IMG/VR virus record: IMGVR_UViG_3300027141_000003
Location: 1-64,000 of that record
DNA: 64,000 nt
Direction: 5' to 3' (one strand)
DNA from: a virus
Of this stretch, positions 44,101-53,900 are shown one piece after another. Numbering within the stretch: position 1 is the stretch's first letter; every line of letters begins with the position of its first letter. Both the position numbers and the translations under genes were made by a program. The notes beneath the pieces are model-generated. The model searched no databases. It was not told the origin of the DNA and saw nothing but the letters and a program-made list of their open reading frames with translations.

Positions 44101-44436
44101 CCAAGCCAACTCTTGAAGTATTCCAATATTCTCTAAGCCCTTTTTATTTTTGGCTAGTAAAGTAATGTGGTTATAGTTTTGAATTGTTTTATCTGTTTTA
44201 GAGGATCTATCAAATCTGTCTGTTGGAGAAATGTAAGCTTCTACTCCAAGGATCGGTTTGATTCCATTTTCTTTGCAGGCAACTTGAAATTCTCTATGTG
44301 AGGATAAGGTTCCGTGGTCCGTGATTGCCATTGCAACCTGCCCAGATTTTTTTGCTGCTGCCACTAGGTCGGCAGGAGAATTAAGGCCATCCATTAATGA
44401 ATAGTATGAATGCACATGAAGATGTGTGAATGACAT
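41167..44436 (-). CDS. dnaE: DNA polymerase III alpha subunit (family C)
   Basis: PHP HLHVHS/TDHG, GRGSAAGS, PDIDTDF, HAAG, KLDALGL and YSFNRSH. Confidence 0.96.
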   Translation of the reverse strand: MSFTHLHVHSYYSLMDGLNSPADLVAAAKKSGQVAMAITDHGTLSSHREFQVACKENGIKPILGVEAYISPTDRFDRSSKTDKTIQNYNHITLLAKNKKGLENIGILQELAWNEGFYHKPRIDREILFKYSEGVIALSGCMNGLMSKLIEKNNFEEAESVFTKFKEVFGNDFYIEVQAHNPPELNAKLLELADKLNIKPAATGDCHFAHEEDKVLVEAMLVLSTSPKSSKDADFEMSKEIKDIKERLNYLYPDRKMTFEGQNLWVQSREEIENDFNLVGISRKDIYENTMDISKKIEEYDFNRGLDLLPVPKTNADQKLSEMALEGLKRLGLLEDKVYYDRIQEELSIIKDKSFASYFLVVADMVNWAKENNIMVGPGRGSAAGSLVCYSLGITSVDPIKYDLLFFRFINPERNDFPDIDTDFEDRRRKEVKDYLKKKFKFVASISTYTYFKDKGGIRDAARVFMVPLSEVNRALKSIDTFEDFVSSPNTKEFRTKYPEVFWLADRLRGKIRSVGVHAAGVVVAKDDLRKYAPVESRADANDEVSGRIPVVAYDMDTIADIGLIKLDALGLKTLSVISDTVKSIKDRHGKDIDLAKLTLDDPSVYKTLSEGYTKGVFQAEATPYTNLLIKMGVDKFEDLAASNALVRPGAMNTVGASYIKRKHGDEAVQFIHPIMKPFTENTYGVIIYQEQVMQACVHLGGMTWSEADKVRKIIGKKKDAKEFDEFKDRFIEGASKHISKKQAETLWHTFEAHAGYSFNRSHAVAYSMLSYYTAWLKTYYPLEFMFSILKNENDKDARTGYLIEAKRLGLRVSLPHINESELYFSLKEDRIQFGLAEIKFISDSIANKIISKRPYDSYTDFIQKASAKGSGINSRAVAALNSIGGAAFEDNPRSGKEKESYYEYLGIPTFNLEGIPPRIKAQAKPIEEFDDLGSFVMFGMAKSIKRGNGWARIELVDETGSIGLFHNEQTPIETNQMYFILVGDNRIARYVKVQDINPQSKDSFVDFLYRKEYDLEENQYFVVDFTPYKTKAGKTMAHIVMSDKDKNLTRAIVFSSMYKIALAKMREGMVCQVVLSKLDDGTLMVKEIK

Positions 44437-44460
44437 TAATTCTCCGCCTTTAACCTTGTG

Positions 44461-45132
44461 TTACCAGTCTACGCTGCTACTTGAAGCAGAAGACTCTTCT
44501 TGCTGTCCACCTTCGCCCATATAGAAGCCTTCTTGTTCCGCATATGTAACGTGACGCACTGCTGTTTTTTCTAGGTCATACAATTCTAGCGAAGTGAAAT
44601 CAAATGGGGTTTCGTCTTTTGCTAATGGAATAATTGTATAACTTGTGTCTGTCTTTGAACCATTGCGCTTAATTCTCCACATCAGGTTAGTGATGCTTCC
44701 CATCTCGCCAGCGTATTCAATTAGGGTAGGAGTAATTGTTTTACCGCTAGTACCTTGTGAAAGAATTGCAACATATGGCTCTTCTTTACCATCGTCTACT
44801 AAGACGTTGATATATAGGCGGGTCCTGGCTTTCCAGCCAGCCTTTGGATCCTTGCGATGCTGTTCATTAGCCCAGTCACGTCCTTCTGTTTCCATTGTGT
44901 CTAGAGCCTTGCGACGATAATCTTTTGGATTCGTGTGCTCTAACGCAATAAAACCGCAACCTAGCTTGTCGTTGTATGTTGGTGAATCTGGATCAAGTTC
45001 TTGCAAGAACCTAATCTTTACGCTTTCGCCGTCTTCAATCTTTAGCCAACGGCCTTTGTTTTCGTCCCCACCACTGTAGGTAGGCTTATCTAGTGCCTTG
45101 TTTAGGTCTTTTAGACCCTTTACTATACTCAT
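44461..45132 (-). CDS. single-stranded DNA-binding protein
   Basis: gp32-like pattern (KIRFL, YINVLV, IKRNG..T.Y); acidic tail. Confidence 0.75.
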   Translation of the reverse strand: MSIVKGLKDLNKALDKPTYSGGDENKGRWLKIEDGESVKIRFLQELDPDSPTYNDKLGCGFIALEHTNPKDYRRKALDTMETEGRDWANEQHRKDPKAGWKARTRLYINVLVDDGKEEPYVAILSQGTSGKTITPTLIEYAGEMGSITNLMWRIKRNGSKTDTSYTIIPLAKDETPFDFTSLELYDLEKTAVRHVTYAEQEGFYMGEGGQQEESSASSSSVDW

Positions 45133-45183
45133 ATATTTCTCCTTTATAGTTGATGGTATAAATCCATCTGTATTTTTATTATA

Positions 45184-46233
45184 TCACGAGTTCCAAGATC
45201 TGTATTCCATATCGGGTACAGAATTTTTAATGCATGCCTTAATTTCTTCGTCCGTTAAATCACCAGCATCTTTTGCATCATGTGGATATATCTTACCATA
45301 TTCACACGAAGCCCACAAGAGGTCCTTGAACTTTAATTTAGTAACAATACTTTTGCCTAGGTCTCTTCCAGCCTGATCGGCATCAGTCATAACAGTTATC
45401 TTGTTAAAGTGTCTGTTTAGTAGGCTGTGCTGTTCCTTAGAAAGAAATCCTCCTAGGGTAGCCACTACATTAGGAAACCCAGCTTGATGGACACGAATTG
45501 CATCAAAGCTAGACTCTACCACTATTACGTGGTCACCAATTTTCTTGGCACGATGAATGTTGAATAACGTCTTGCTCTTAGGTAAGTTTGTACTGTTCTT
45601 AAAAGACTTACCCTCAATTGATCTTCCAACTATTCCTATTGCCATTCCGTCAGGGCTATGTACTGGAACAGTAACCATATTCATATTACTAGAATATCCA
45701 AGACCGAAATCAATTATTGATTGTTGATTTATTCCCCTAGAAAGAAAGTATTCTTTACCAGGGCTTGTTGTAATTAAATCAGTATATAGTTTTTTTAAAG
45801 TCTCTTCTGAAAACTCTTTAAACAATGGCTTGTCTTCCATTGCTTCTGAAAGCATTTCATCAAAGTTTTCTAGTGACTCTGCCTCTTTTGAAGATATAAA
45901 CCTCATAGCCTGAAAATCATTTTTGTTTAGTACTCGCTTAACAAGTTCTTGTAGGGTTCCAGCTTCCCCGCAAGATGGGTTAAAGCATATGAATGCACCC
46001 TTCTCACGGCTAACGCTAAAGCTTGAAGTATGTCTGTTAGAGTGAAATGGGCAGTAGCATAGAAAGTCATTACCAGTTTCGCCAACTAACTCAAGACCTA
46101 TAGATCTTAGGATAGATTTAATATGGTTTGGCGTGTAGTGCGTGGTATCGACTTCCCTTGCGTTATACCCTCTGATTGCCATGCCTTCTTCTTTCCCACA
46201 TATACTCCGTGAATGCTCATTAAGAACTTCCAC
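45184..46233 (-). CDS. DNA primase (CHC2 zinc finger plus TOPRIM)
   Basis: CPFH...CF..SC, VESSFD and DADQAG; start probably 46182. Confidence 0.9.
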   Translation of the reverse strand: MEVLNEHSRSICGKEEGMAIRGYNAREVDTTHYTPNHIKSILRSIGLELVGETGNDFLCYCPFHSNRHTSSFSVSREKGAFICFNPSCGEAGTLQELVKRVLNKNDFQAMRFISSKEAESLENFDEMLSEAMEDKPLFKEFSEETLKKLYTDLITTSPGKEYFLSRGINQQSIIDFGLGYSSNMNMVTVPVHSPDGMAIGIVGRSIEGKSFKNSTNLPKSKTLFNIHRAKKIGDHVIVVESSFDAIRVHQAGFPNVVATLGGFLSKEQHSLLNRHFNKITVMTDADQAGRDLGKSIVTKLKFKDLLWASCEYGKIYPHDAKDAGDLTDEEIKACIKNSVPDMEYRSWNS

Positions 46234-46415
46234 GTCTCGCCAGTAAATTCTACCGAAAATGCTGGATCTATGTCAAGCACTCTTACGTATCCTTTACCCC
46301 TCATATCCTGAACCAAAAGGTTTTCGTACTGAGGCCTTAAACTTATTAGCTGAGAGTTGTCATGAAACTCTACATCTATTTGAAATCTTTTAATTCTTCG
46401 ATGCGTCATTTGCAA
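46107..46415 (-). CDS. hypothetical protein
   Basis: Lies between helicase and primase. Confidence 0.6.
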   Translation of the reverse strand: MQMTHRRIKRFQIDVEFHDNSQLISLRPQYENLLVQDMRGKGYVRVLDIDPAFSVEFTGETWKFLMSIHGVYVGKKKAWQSEGITQGKSIPRTTRQTILNLS

Positions 46416-47634
46416 ATGGGTTCTCGTAAATTTCTTTGATAATACCTCTGTTAATTTCCCAATCTAAAAAGACATTGAAATCCATTCCGTGACGATTCTT
46501 TCTGCTAACAACCTCAATCATATTGGTATCAGTGTACTTGTGAATAGCAATAGCCATATCTGCATCATACTCAATAGCCTTAGACCAAGCAACTTGGCTA
46601 AGCATAGGTGGTGCATCTTGGTCTGTAATATCATCCATAGTTGCTGCAGTGATATCAATAACTGGAATATTGTTTGTCATAGCAAGCATTTTAAATTCAC
46701 GAGATACGTTCATGTTACGCTCTGTTGCACCTGAACTCCGCTTATTATCAGAAAACAATTGGTGATAATCTAAAATAACTAAGTCTGGTTTATGCTGATC
46801 TATCTTAGACTGAATAGTATTAGCGTTAACTTCTCCCATACCTTCATTAGATACCAGAATGAATCCGTTTTTATTCTCAAATCTCTTCTGACCCCATGAA
46901 CGGAATGTGTCTACATTTACGTCACCTCTTGCAAAGTCTGAAGCACGAAATAATCCTGAGCCCATCATTGTATAAATACGATCACGCATATTTTCTGGAG
47001 ACATTTCAAGGGATACAATCATAGGCTTAAAGCCCTGCTCCCACGCCTTACAAGCAAGGTAGGATGTAAACCATGTCTTACCACGTCCTGGCCAGCCAAT
47101 AGCCACTATGAGGTGCCCTGGAGCCATACCAGTAGGATACGCTTTGTCTATAGCATCAAAGCCTGTAAGAATTCCTGGAGCCCCTCCCATAATTACTGAG
47201 CGCTCCTTGACTGCTAGGAAATGTTTTTCTGCTAACTCAATGTCTGTTACGTCTACGTCACGAACATGATTTGTAAACTTAGAAAGCTGAGACAACTTAG
47301 CCTGAAGATCTCCCAATACTCTAGAGGCTGCATCTTCTTTTAAAGCAGAGCCACTCTGAATAATAATATTTTTTAGTCTGCCAGTTAGGTATTCATTCTT
47401 TAGTTTATCTAAATAATAGCCAGTCTCTGCTTTTGTTTCTACTGGCTCAAAGTCCTTGAATCTTTCCATAAGGATTCCAGCTTCTGGAACTGCCTTGAAC
47501 TTATAATAATAAGACTTTAATGAATCCCAGATATCTTTATGTGAAGTAAATATCTCATCTACATTGTCTGCAAGCAGGGTGCTGATGTCTTTATTCTTAC
47601 ATACTGCTGAGATTAACTCGGCTTCTGTATTCAT
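46390..47634 (-). CDS. dnaB: DnaB-like replicative helicase
   Basis: GWPGRGKT, SLEM, LDYHQL, IEYDAD and KNRHG. Confidence 0.92.
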   Translation of the reverse strand: MNTEAELISAVCKNKDISTLLADNVDEIFTSHKDIWDSLKSYYYKFKAVPEAGILMERFKDFEPVETKAETGYYLDKLKNEYLTGRLKNIIIQSGSALKEDAASRVLGDLQAKLSQLSKFTNHVRDVDVTDIELAEKHFLAVKERSVIMGGAPGILTGFDAIDKAYPTGMAPGHLIVAIGWPGRGKTWFTSYLACKAWEQGFKPMIVSLEMSPENMRDRIYTMMGSGLFRASDFARGDVNVDTFRSWGQKRFENKNGFILVSNEGMGEVNANTIQSKIDQHKPDLVILDYHQLFSDNKRSSGATERNMNVSREFKMLAMTNNIPVIDITAATMDDITDQDAPPMLSQVAWSKAIEYDADMAIAIHKYTDTNMIEVVSRKNRHGMDFNVFLDWEINRGIIKEIYENPFANDASKN

Positions 47635-47951
47635 TCATTCCCGCCTTCAACTAGTTCTTTCGTTGCCTGTAGTAGCAATTTACGATGCATTGCATCTTTT
47701 TCTCGTTCTGTTTTTAAATAGTCTAGCTTATCAAAGTTATAAAAGAAGAAACTAAGAGGGTGGCCTGACTTGGTTGTCTTGAAGTAGTATACCAAAAGTT
47801 CCTTTGCTTTGTCCATACCAACGCTATCTATAACATCTTGCATTGCCCACTTTTCACGAAATTTATTTATCCTAGGCTTTTTATTATATCTTTCAAGATA
47901 GAGGTTCTCGTATAGTCCAATTAGAACATATGGCAGTTTTTCATTTGCCAC
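47631..47951 (-). CDS. hypothetical protein (possible helicase loader/inhibitor)
   Basis: Position only. Confidence 0.6.
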   Translation of the reverse strand: MANEKLPYVLIGLYENLYLERYNKKPRINKFREKWAMQDVIDSVGMDKAKELLVYYFKTTKSGHPLSFFFYNFDKLDYLKTEREKDAMHRKLLLQATKELVEGGNE

Positions 47952-48162
47952 TGCTTAGCTCTTTCTCTACTTCACGAGTCTTCTCTATTAATTTATTTTC
48001 TACAAACGCATACACTCTCTCTGTAGCAGAGTCTACGTTCTCTCCACTACGGACATCATCTTCTACGCCTATGTTTATTCTAATGCTCTCGTAGTTTCCT
48101 AGATTGCGTGTGAATGACAAATCCACCTTTACTCTTGTTTCTGACATTACTCCGCCTTCCAT
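47941..48162 (-). CDS. hypothetical protein (NLGNYES motif)
   Basis: Conserved-looking phage motif. Confidence 0.65.
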   Translation of the reverse strand: MEGGVMSETRVKVDLSFTRNLGNYESIRINIGVEDDVRSGENVDSATERVYAFVENKLIEKTREVEKELSSGK

Positions 48163-48629
48163 ACAGGTACAAATTTTCCGTCTTCTGTCTTAGTATACAT
48201 TATTAAATTGTGTTTGAGAAGAGCCTGCAATTCTGATCTTGAAGGCAGGTCCCTAATATGACCTGCATCAATAATAAACTCATGAATGTCCAGAATGTCC
48301 GATTCGCTAAGCATATACTTAGACCAAGCACTTTCTGGATTACTAATTGGATATACTTTTTGGGGCTGCTTGATTTTGCCCTGCAAAATATATTCCTCTA
48401 TAGTCACCTTATGCCTTCCTAAAATTTTGCCAACTTCTGTTATGGTGTATGCCTTCTCCATATTTTTATCTACTTGAGAATAGGAATACATCATTCTTTT
48501 TTTATCTAAATAGGACCATGCTACAACTTCGTCTTTAGCCCTAGATAGCCTTAGCACCTTATGGATTTTACCATTTAAGAAGAAATAGACGAATCTTTTG
48601 CGTAGTCTTTGTCTGTTTTCTCTAGCCAT
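48147..48629 (-). CDS. HTH (MerR/excisionase-like) DNA-binding protein
   Basis: YTITEVGKILGRHKVTI. Confidence 0.7.
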   Translation of the reverse strand: MARENRQRLRKRFVYFFLNGKIHKVLRLSRAKDEVVAWSYLDKKRMMYSYSQVDKNMEKAYTITEVGKILGRHKVTIEEYILQGKIKQPQKVYPISNPESAWSKYMLSESDILDIHEFIIDAGHIRDLPSRSELQALLKHNLIMYTKTEDGKFVPVWKAE

Positions 48630-48793
48630 TTTCCGAAGGCACTCGTTTCTTTATTGATCATCCATCGCTTACCGCAAAGAATGCAAAACAACTCTGTGTG
48701 CAGCTTTTGAGAAAATACTCTATCTACAAAAACCCTACCTGAACATTTTTGGCATTTCATCATAGCGAGAATGTTTTTCCATCTACAACGCAT
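48575..48793 (-). CDS. zinc-ribbon protein
   Basis: CQKCSG...CILCG. Confidence 0.65.
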   Translation of the reverse strand: MRCRWKNILAMMKCQKCSGRVFVDRVFSQKLHTELFCILCGKRWMINKETSAFGKWLEKTDKDYAKDSSISS

Positions 48794-49560
48794 GAGTAGT
48801 CTGGAGCAATGTGGATCATTTGAATGTGTGGATAATCATTTACGATGTGAGCCACAGCAAAACCTTTTTGCCAGTCGTGGTGCTGAGTATATTTCATACC
48901 TGGCCCCTTTTCGTCACACATGTGACCAATCTCATATCCACGAAGGGTTTCTCCTTCGCCATCGTTTCTTAATTCATATGTTACCATATGTGAAGCAATT
49001 CTATGTGAGTGTCCTCTGATTAAAGATACTTGTAGGTCTTCCATATCTTTTCTGACTGACCCAGTTGCCGATATCGAAATTCCGTGGTGTACGTGCACAT
49101 CGCCAAAGCGACGTTTTGGTAAAGAGTCATAATAGATATAATCATAACCTAAAGAATCTAAACTCCATAGTGCCTCTGGTGTTACCTCAGAAATGTAATC
49201 TGGAAGCTTTGCATCAACGTAATTAAATACTCTAATGTCGTGGTTTCCTAGTGCTGAGAACAGCTGTGCATCTGGCAACATCTCTCTTGTTTTAGCATAA
49301 AAATCTCTTGCACCCTTTGCCTCGTGGCGCATCATCGGAACAATTAGATCTTTGCTATCATTTTTATGATAGTTTAAAAACTCAGCTGATCGTCCCTCAG
49401 TATATTTGCTGTAACATGCTTGATCGTCTGTATCGCCAAGGTAATCAACTACGTCTGGCTTAAACCATTTCATTACCTTAAACCACAGGGCAATCATCTT
49501 ATCGTCTTGATACGGAAATTGCTGATCAGATGACAGCATCCATTTTAAATCGTTTGTCAT
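48760..49560 (-). CDS. calcineurin-like metallophosphoesterase
   Basis: SD.Q, LGD..D, GNHD, HHG and GHSH. Confidence 0.85.
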   Translation of the reverse strand: MTNDLKWMLSSDQQFPYQDDKMIALWFKVMKWFKPDVVDYLGDTDDQACYSKYTEGRSAEFLNYHKNDSKDLIVPMMRHEAKGARDFYAKTREMLPDAQLFSALGNHDIRVFNYVDAKLPDYISEVTPEALWSLDSLGYDYIYYDSLPKRRFGDVHVHHGISISATGSVRKDMEDLQVSLIRGHSHRIASHMVTYELRNDGEGETLRGYEIGHMCDEKGPGMKYTQHHDWQKGFAVAHIVNDYPHIQMIHIAPDYSCVVDGKTFSL

Positions 49561-49646
49561 TAATGTCCCTGCGTAAAGATAGGGCCACAGAATTGTGGCC
49601 TTAATATTATCTAAATTGTAGCATATTGAGCTACGGTGTCAAGAGT

Positions 49647-50060
49647 TTAGCTATATACTGCTACGAAATAAACTCTTCCCTTGCCAGCCTTACCTGTAGC
49701 AGGACACTTCACTCTGCATTTAGCAGAGGTTGCATCCATAGATCTTACCTGTGGCATATAAATTAAAGCATCATTGCTGCTAGTGTACACTTGACCAAAG
49801 GCAATTGCTGTTGGCTTTACCCCAAGATTGTGTTCAATTGTAAAGTCAACATATGTCCCTGGTGTAAAAGTTATTTGATCAGAAGATCCTCCAAAAAACT
49901 TTGCAACTCTGGCATCTGCGCCTGTTTTTGGAGCAAGATTTATAGTTGAGCCAGCAGATGCACCTTGTAGGGCAATAGATTCAACCTTTGCAAGTCTCTC
50001 CAGCAACTGCTGTAGTGATGCTGCATCAATTGGGTCGCCGTCATTAAATGTACTAGCCAT
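49647..50060 (-). CDS. putative virion/tail-associated protein
   Basis: HNLGVKP motif; end of the tail operon. Confidence 0.55.
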   Translation of the reverse strand: MASTFNDGDPIDAASLQQLLERLAKVESIALQGASAGSTINLAPKTGADARVAKFFGGSSDQITFTPGTYVDFTIEHNLGVKPTAIAFGQVYTSSNDALIYMPQVRSMDATSAKCRVKCPATGKAGKGRVYFVAVYS

Positions 50061-50536
50061 TATAAATTTTCTCCTAAATCGTGTGCTGCAATTTCTTTAT
50101 CAGACACTTCTATTACCTTAGATCTATCTAAACCATACAGCCCAAACGAGTCTGGACTAACTATATGCCTTAACTTATTCTGTGATACTAAATACATTTT
50201 ACCATCTGCCAGGTTTTTTATCAAGGATCCATCTCTGAATCCAAGCTTTCCTACCAGCTTAATTCCTGATAATGCTGCTTCAGTTGCCAATACAGTAGTA
50301 AAGCTCCAAGACTCAGCGGCCCTATTAGAAATTAATTTATACCTTTTGCCGTCTTTGATCCAGTAGGTATCTTTGTCTGTTTTTACAGCAATACCTGAAG
50401 GGAAATTAGTCGGCTGTGATATCGTTAAGATGCTCTGAGTAGTCTTGAATAGCCGCACTCTTTGCCTCTTTCTCTTCCACAAGTTGGGTAATTTCTGCTC
50501 GAAAAACTGCAATCTGCGTTTCATAGTTAGAGACAA
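50060..50536 (-). CDS. hypothetical protein
   Basis: ORF track; start uncertain. Confidence 0.6.
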   Translation of the reverse strand: MSLTMKRRLQFFEQKLPNLWKRKRQRVRLFKTTQSILTISQPTNFPSGIAVKTDKDTYWIKDGKRYKLISNRAAESWSFTTVLATEAALSGIKLVGKLGFRDGSLIKNLADGKMYLVSQNKLRHIVSPDSFGLYGLDRSKVIEVSDKEIAAHDLGENL

Positions 50537-50591
50537 TTTCTCCTATACGTTGCTGTAATGCAGTGATAATTAGTTCTGCTTTTTCTGCCAC
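50406..50591 (-). CDS. small coiled-coil protein
   Basis: ORF track. Confidence 0.6.
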   Translation of the reverse strand: MAEKAELIITALQQRIGEIVSNYETQIAVFRAEITQLVEEKEAKSAAIQDYSEHLNDITAD

Positions 50592-50602
50592 TTATATTCC
50601 TA

Positions 50603-50815
50603 CTATTCTAGTGTTGCTGCTTCTGATTCCAGAGCAGTTCTTTTTGCCGTTAAAGCATTCATTCTAGTATTAAGCGTTGCAACAGAATCTGAATTTACTG
50701 GTGATTCAGCATTTGCTTCAATTAGATCTAGTTCTAGATTATATGCTTGATAATCAATACTCTTAATGTGTTGATCTATAAGGTTTAACTTATCTGCGTT
50801 TGTTAATAATGTCAT
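50603..50815 (-). CDS. small coiled-coil protein
   Basis: AAAGGAGG RBS. Confidence 0.7.
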   Translation of the reverse strand: MTLLTNADKLNLIDQHIKSIDYQAYNLELDLIEANAESPVNSDSVATLNTRMNALTAKRTALESEAATLE

Positions 50816-50996
50816 TTTATTCCTCCTTTCATATTATAGCATTTCAAGCATATTAGTCAATGCTTGAATTTTAGCCTGAAGGTCTTCTAAGGACTCTCCA
50901 GAATCTTCTTCCGTCCCTATTAAATTAATTCTTCCCTTTAAGGATTTAATTTTAGAATTAATTAGGTACTCCTTGTGTATTTTTTCTAGATTCATC

Positions 50997-53900
50997 TTAT
51001 AACCACGCCGAGTAAGCGCTATAGTATGTTGTTCCATTTGAACCCAGCATCTTAACCCTTCCTCTACCATATCTTGCGGAAGAGCTATATGTTATGTCTC
51101 CGTCAGTTGTACCCATTCTAAATGCCCAAATGGTTCCTCCAGCGCTGTACGGATATGATCCTGCTCCTGGATAGGATCTGGTTCCGCTTGCAAGAAGCGT
51201 TCCGCCTCCAGCAGTGGTTCTAATTTCAAACTCCATTCCAGTAATGGTACCATTACCTGATATTGAAGGATAATCACAATACCATTGCAAGTGTGTTGTG
51301 GCTGTTGTTTTTCTTGAAAACTGCATAGATGGTGCGGGAGATGTAGGGGCTACAAATACAACATTCCATATTGCTGTTGCTGTTGCATTTGCAGACCCGA
51401 ATGTGTAAGAGCCACCTGCAGAATATGTAGTGCCTCCAATAGTCCATCCTCCAAATGTATACCCAGATAGTGTTCCAGCACTTGAAGCTAAAGTTATTGA
51501 AGCCCCCTGAATACCATTTTGTGTAGATGGTGTAGATGATCCACCATTAGCAGAATATGTAAGGCTATATGTTGGAACTATATTAGATGTTCCAGATGCT
51601 GTGGCGAAAGCGTTGTTGTATCCAGAAACAGATTTAGTAACTATAACTGAAGTGGTAGTATTAGAAGCTAATCCTGTTGTCGTTACTGTTCCAGTTGAAG
51701 AATTTATTGTTCCAGTTCCCGAAGATATAGAGTACGTTGCTCCCGACTGGGCAGTAACTACAGTGGCTGACCAGCCACCAGATGCACCAACTCCTGGGTT
51801 ATATGAAAATGCAACGGCATCTGCGTTAGCTGAAGTAATCTGATTACTGTAGAAATAATACGTTGTTCCATTTATACCAACAACTGTGTCTCTTACTGCA
51901 AATACATAGGGGGTTCCTGCGGGATCGTTAGTTTGAATTACATATGGATTTGATGTTCGAGTTGAGGTGTTTGTATTTCCGCCTGGGGAAACAAGGTTTG
52001 CTGTATTTGTGCTAAGTGCATATAAAAGAACTGATGTTATAGATGCGGCATTAGTATAGCTACCAGTTGTCCAAGTTATGCTATCCAAATACTTGACAGT
52101 AGATGTAGAAAAAGTATTAGTTGCTCTAGTTGTTGGCGCACTGTTTTGTGAAACTGCAGTAGAGGTCATATTAAATGATACTCCAGCACTCCAAGCACTT
52201 GCTGTAGTTGATTCTCCTGCAGATGTATCACCTACGTTTGTAACCGATCTAACATACATGTATTGTGTTGCCGTAGATGATGGTCCAGTATTATCTGTTA
52301 ATGGGCTTAAAGAACCAGTTTGATCTGGAGTCACTTGGCCTGTTGGGGCTGTTGCTGATCCATACCAATACATTTGATAACTTGGTCCAGATCCTCCAGA
52401 AAAAGTAGCAGTAACTGGGCCACCTTGTGGACCTGGAGTCACCGTAACCGATGTTGGAGGAGTTAAACGCAAATTAGTTAGTCCAGATGTTCTAACATAA
52501 GGAGTCCATGTTGTTCCATTTGCAGATGCAGATACATAAAAATAATAACTACTTCCCAATGATGGGTTGTTATTATTTCTATCTGGATCTCCAGGACCCC
52601 ATGCCCAAGAACCAGCAGATGCAGTAATAGTACTTCCATCTACAACTTTTTGTTCATCATAACTTACTCCTGGATCTGTTGGTGCCGTGGGGCTACTACT
52701 CCAATAAATTCTATAATAAGCTGCATATGTTGCACCAGACCAAGATACGGTAATTGTATTTGAGCTACCATTATTTGATGCAGTAACTGAAGTAGGTGCA
52801 GTTGCTACTTGAGGTATTGTAACTTGAACTCTAGTTGTACTGTAAGAGCTTACATTTACATTAGATGTATTTGAAGTAGACTCTAATGCAGATCTGACCC
52901 AGAAATAATATGTTCCTCCAGGTGTTGGATTAAATCCAGGAGTGTAAGTTATTGTACTTGTGTTTTGTGTTGCAGACCCTGAATCATATCCAGTTCCATC
53001 TGATGGGTATGTAGTGTTGTCAACTCTATACCAACTCTGAAACCATGGGCCTGATCCACCTGTATAGGATATAACAAAAGATGTACCGTTCCACACAACT
53101 CCAGTTGGATTTGGTGCAGATAATGCTGGAGAAATTACAACGCTTGTAGAGCCATTTGAATAGTCTGGTATTGTTTGAAAGTATGGATAATATTCACCAG
53201 CATTAGAATACTGTTTTATATTTGTAAAGGATGGTTTATTTGTGCCATAGGACCATTCTCCTACTGGCAGCCATCCGCTATTATTTCCATCCCCGTAGAT
53301 AATTTTATATTGTCTTGGGTATGAGTTTCCTCCACCTAGAGCACCAATTGATCCAGAAAATGTTACATCTGTATTTACTTGAGCAGTAGTAGGAGATGCA
53401 CTAAGTAATAAATTTGCTGCTGGTCTAGAAATATACCAAAGAGCTCCTCCCACAAGATCTGCATAATATTTTCTTATTGAATTCTTTAAAACACTGACCT
53501 CTATATCAATACTCCATCTATCAGTACTTGTAGTACTGCCTGTTGGGGTATAAGTTGTTGATCCAAACAGAGATGAGCTTATTACTTCATTGTGGGTTAA
53601 TGTAGCGGTATTGCCAGAAATTGAAATTTCATTAATATATGTTCCGCCGTAGCCAAATTGTGTGCTTGAACCAGTGTAAGTAGTCCATGCACTAGAAGCA
53701 GATGCTCCATAATTTGTTCCAGCCATTGAATAGTAGCTACTGGTTTGCCAGTTATACATTCTATATCTAATTCTATATGTTGTACTTCCATCAACCCCTG
53801 TAACATTAGATCTAATTTTCATCAGACCGCCTACTGGTATATAGCCCCTGTTATCTGTACCCTCATTGCTATAGTAATCTAAAATATCTAATGAGGTAAC

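Noticed and set aside
41167-44436. Intein or intron in dnaE (also checked recA, dnaB and terL)
   Set aside because: Lengths are normal and I saw no splice-junction motifs.
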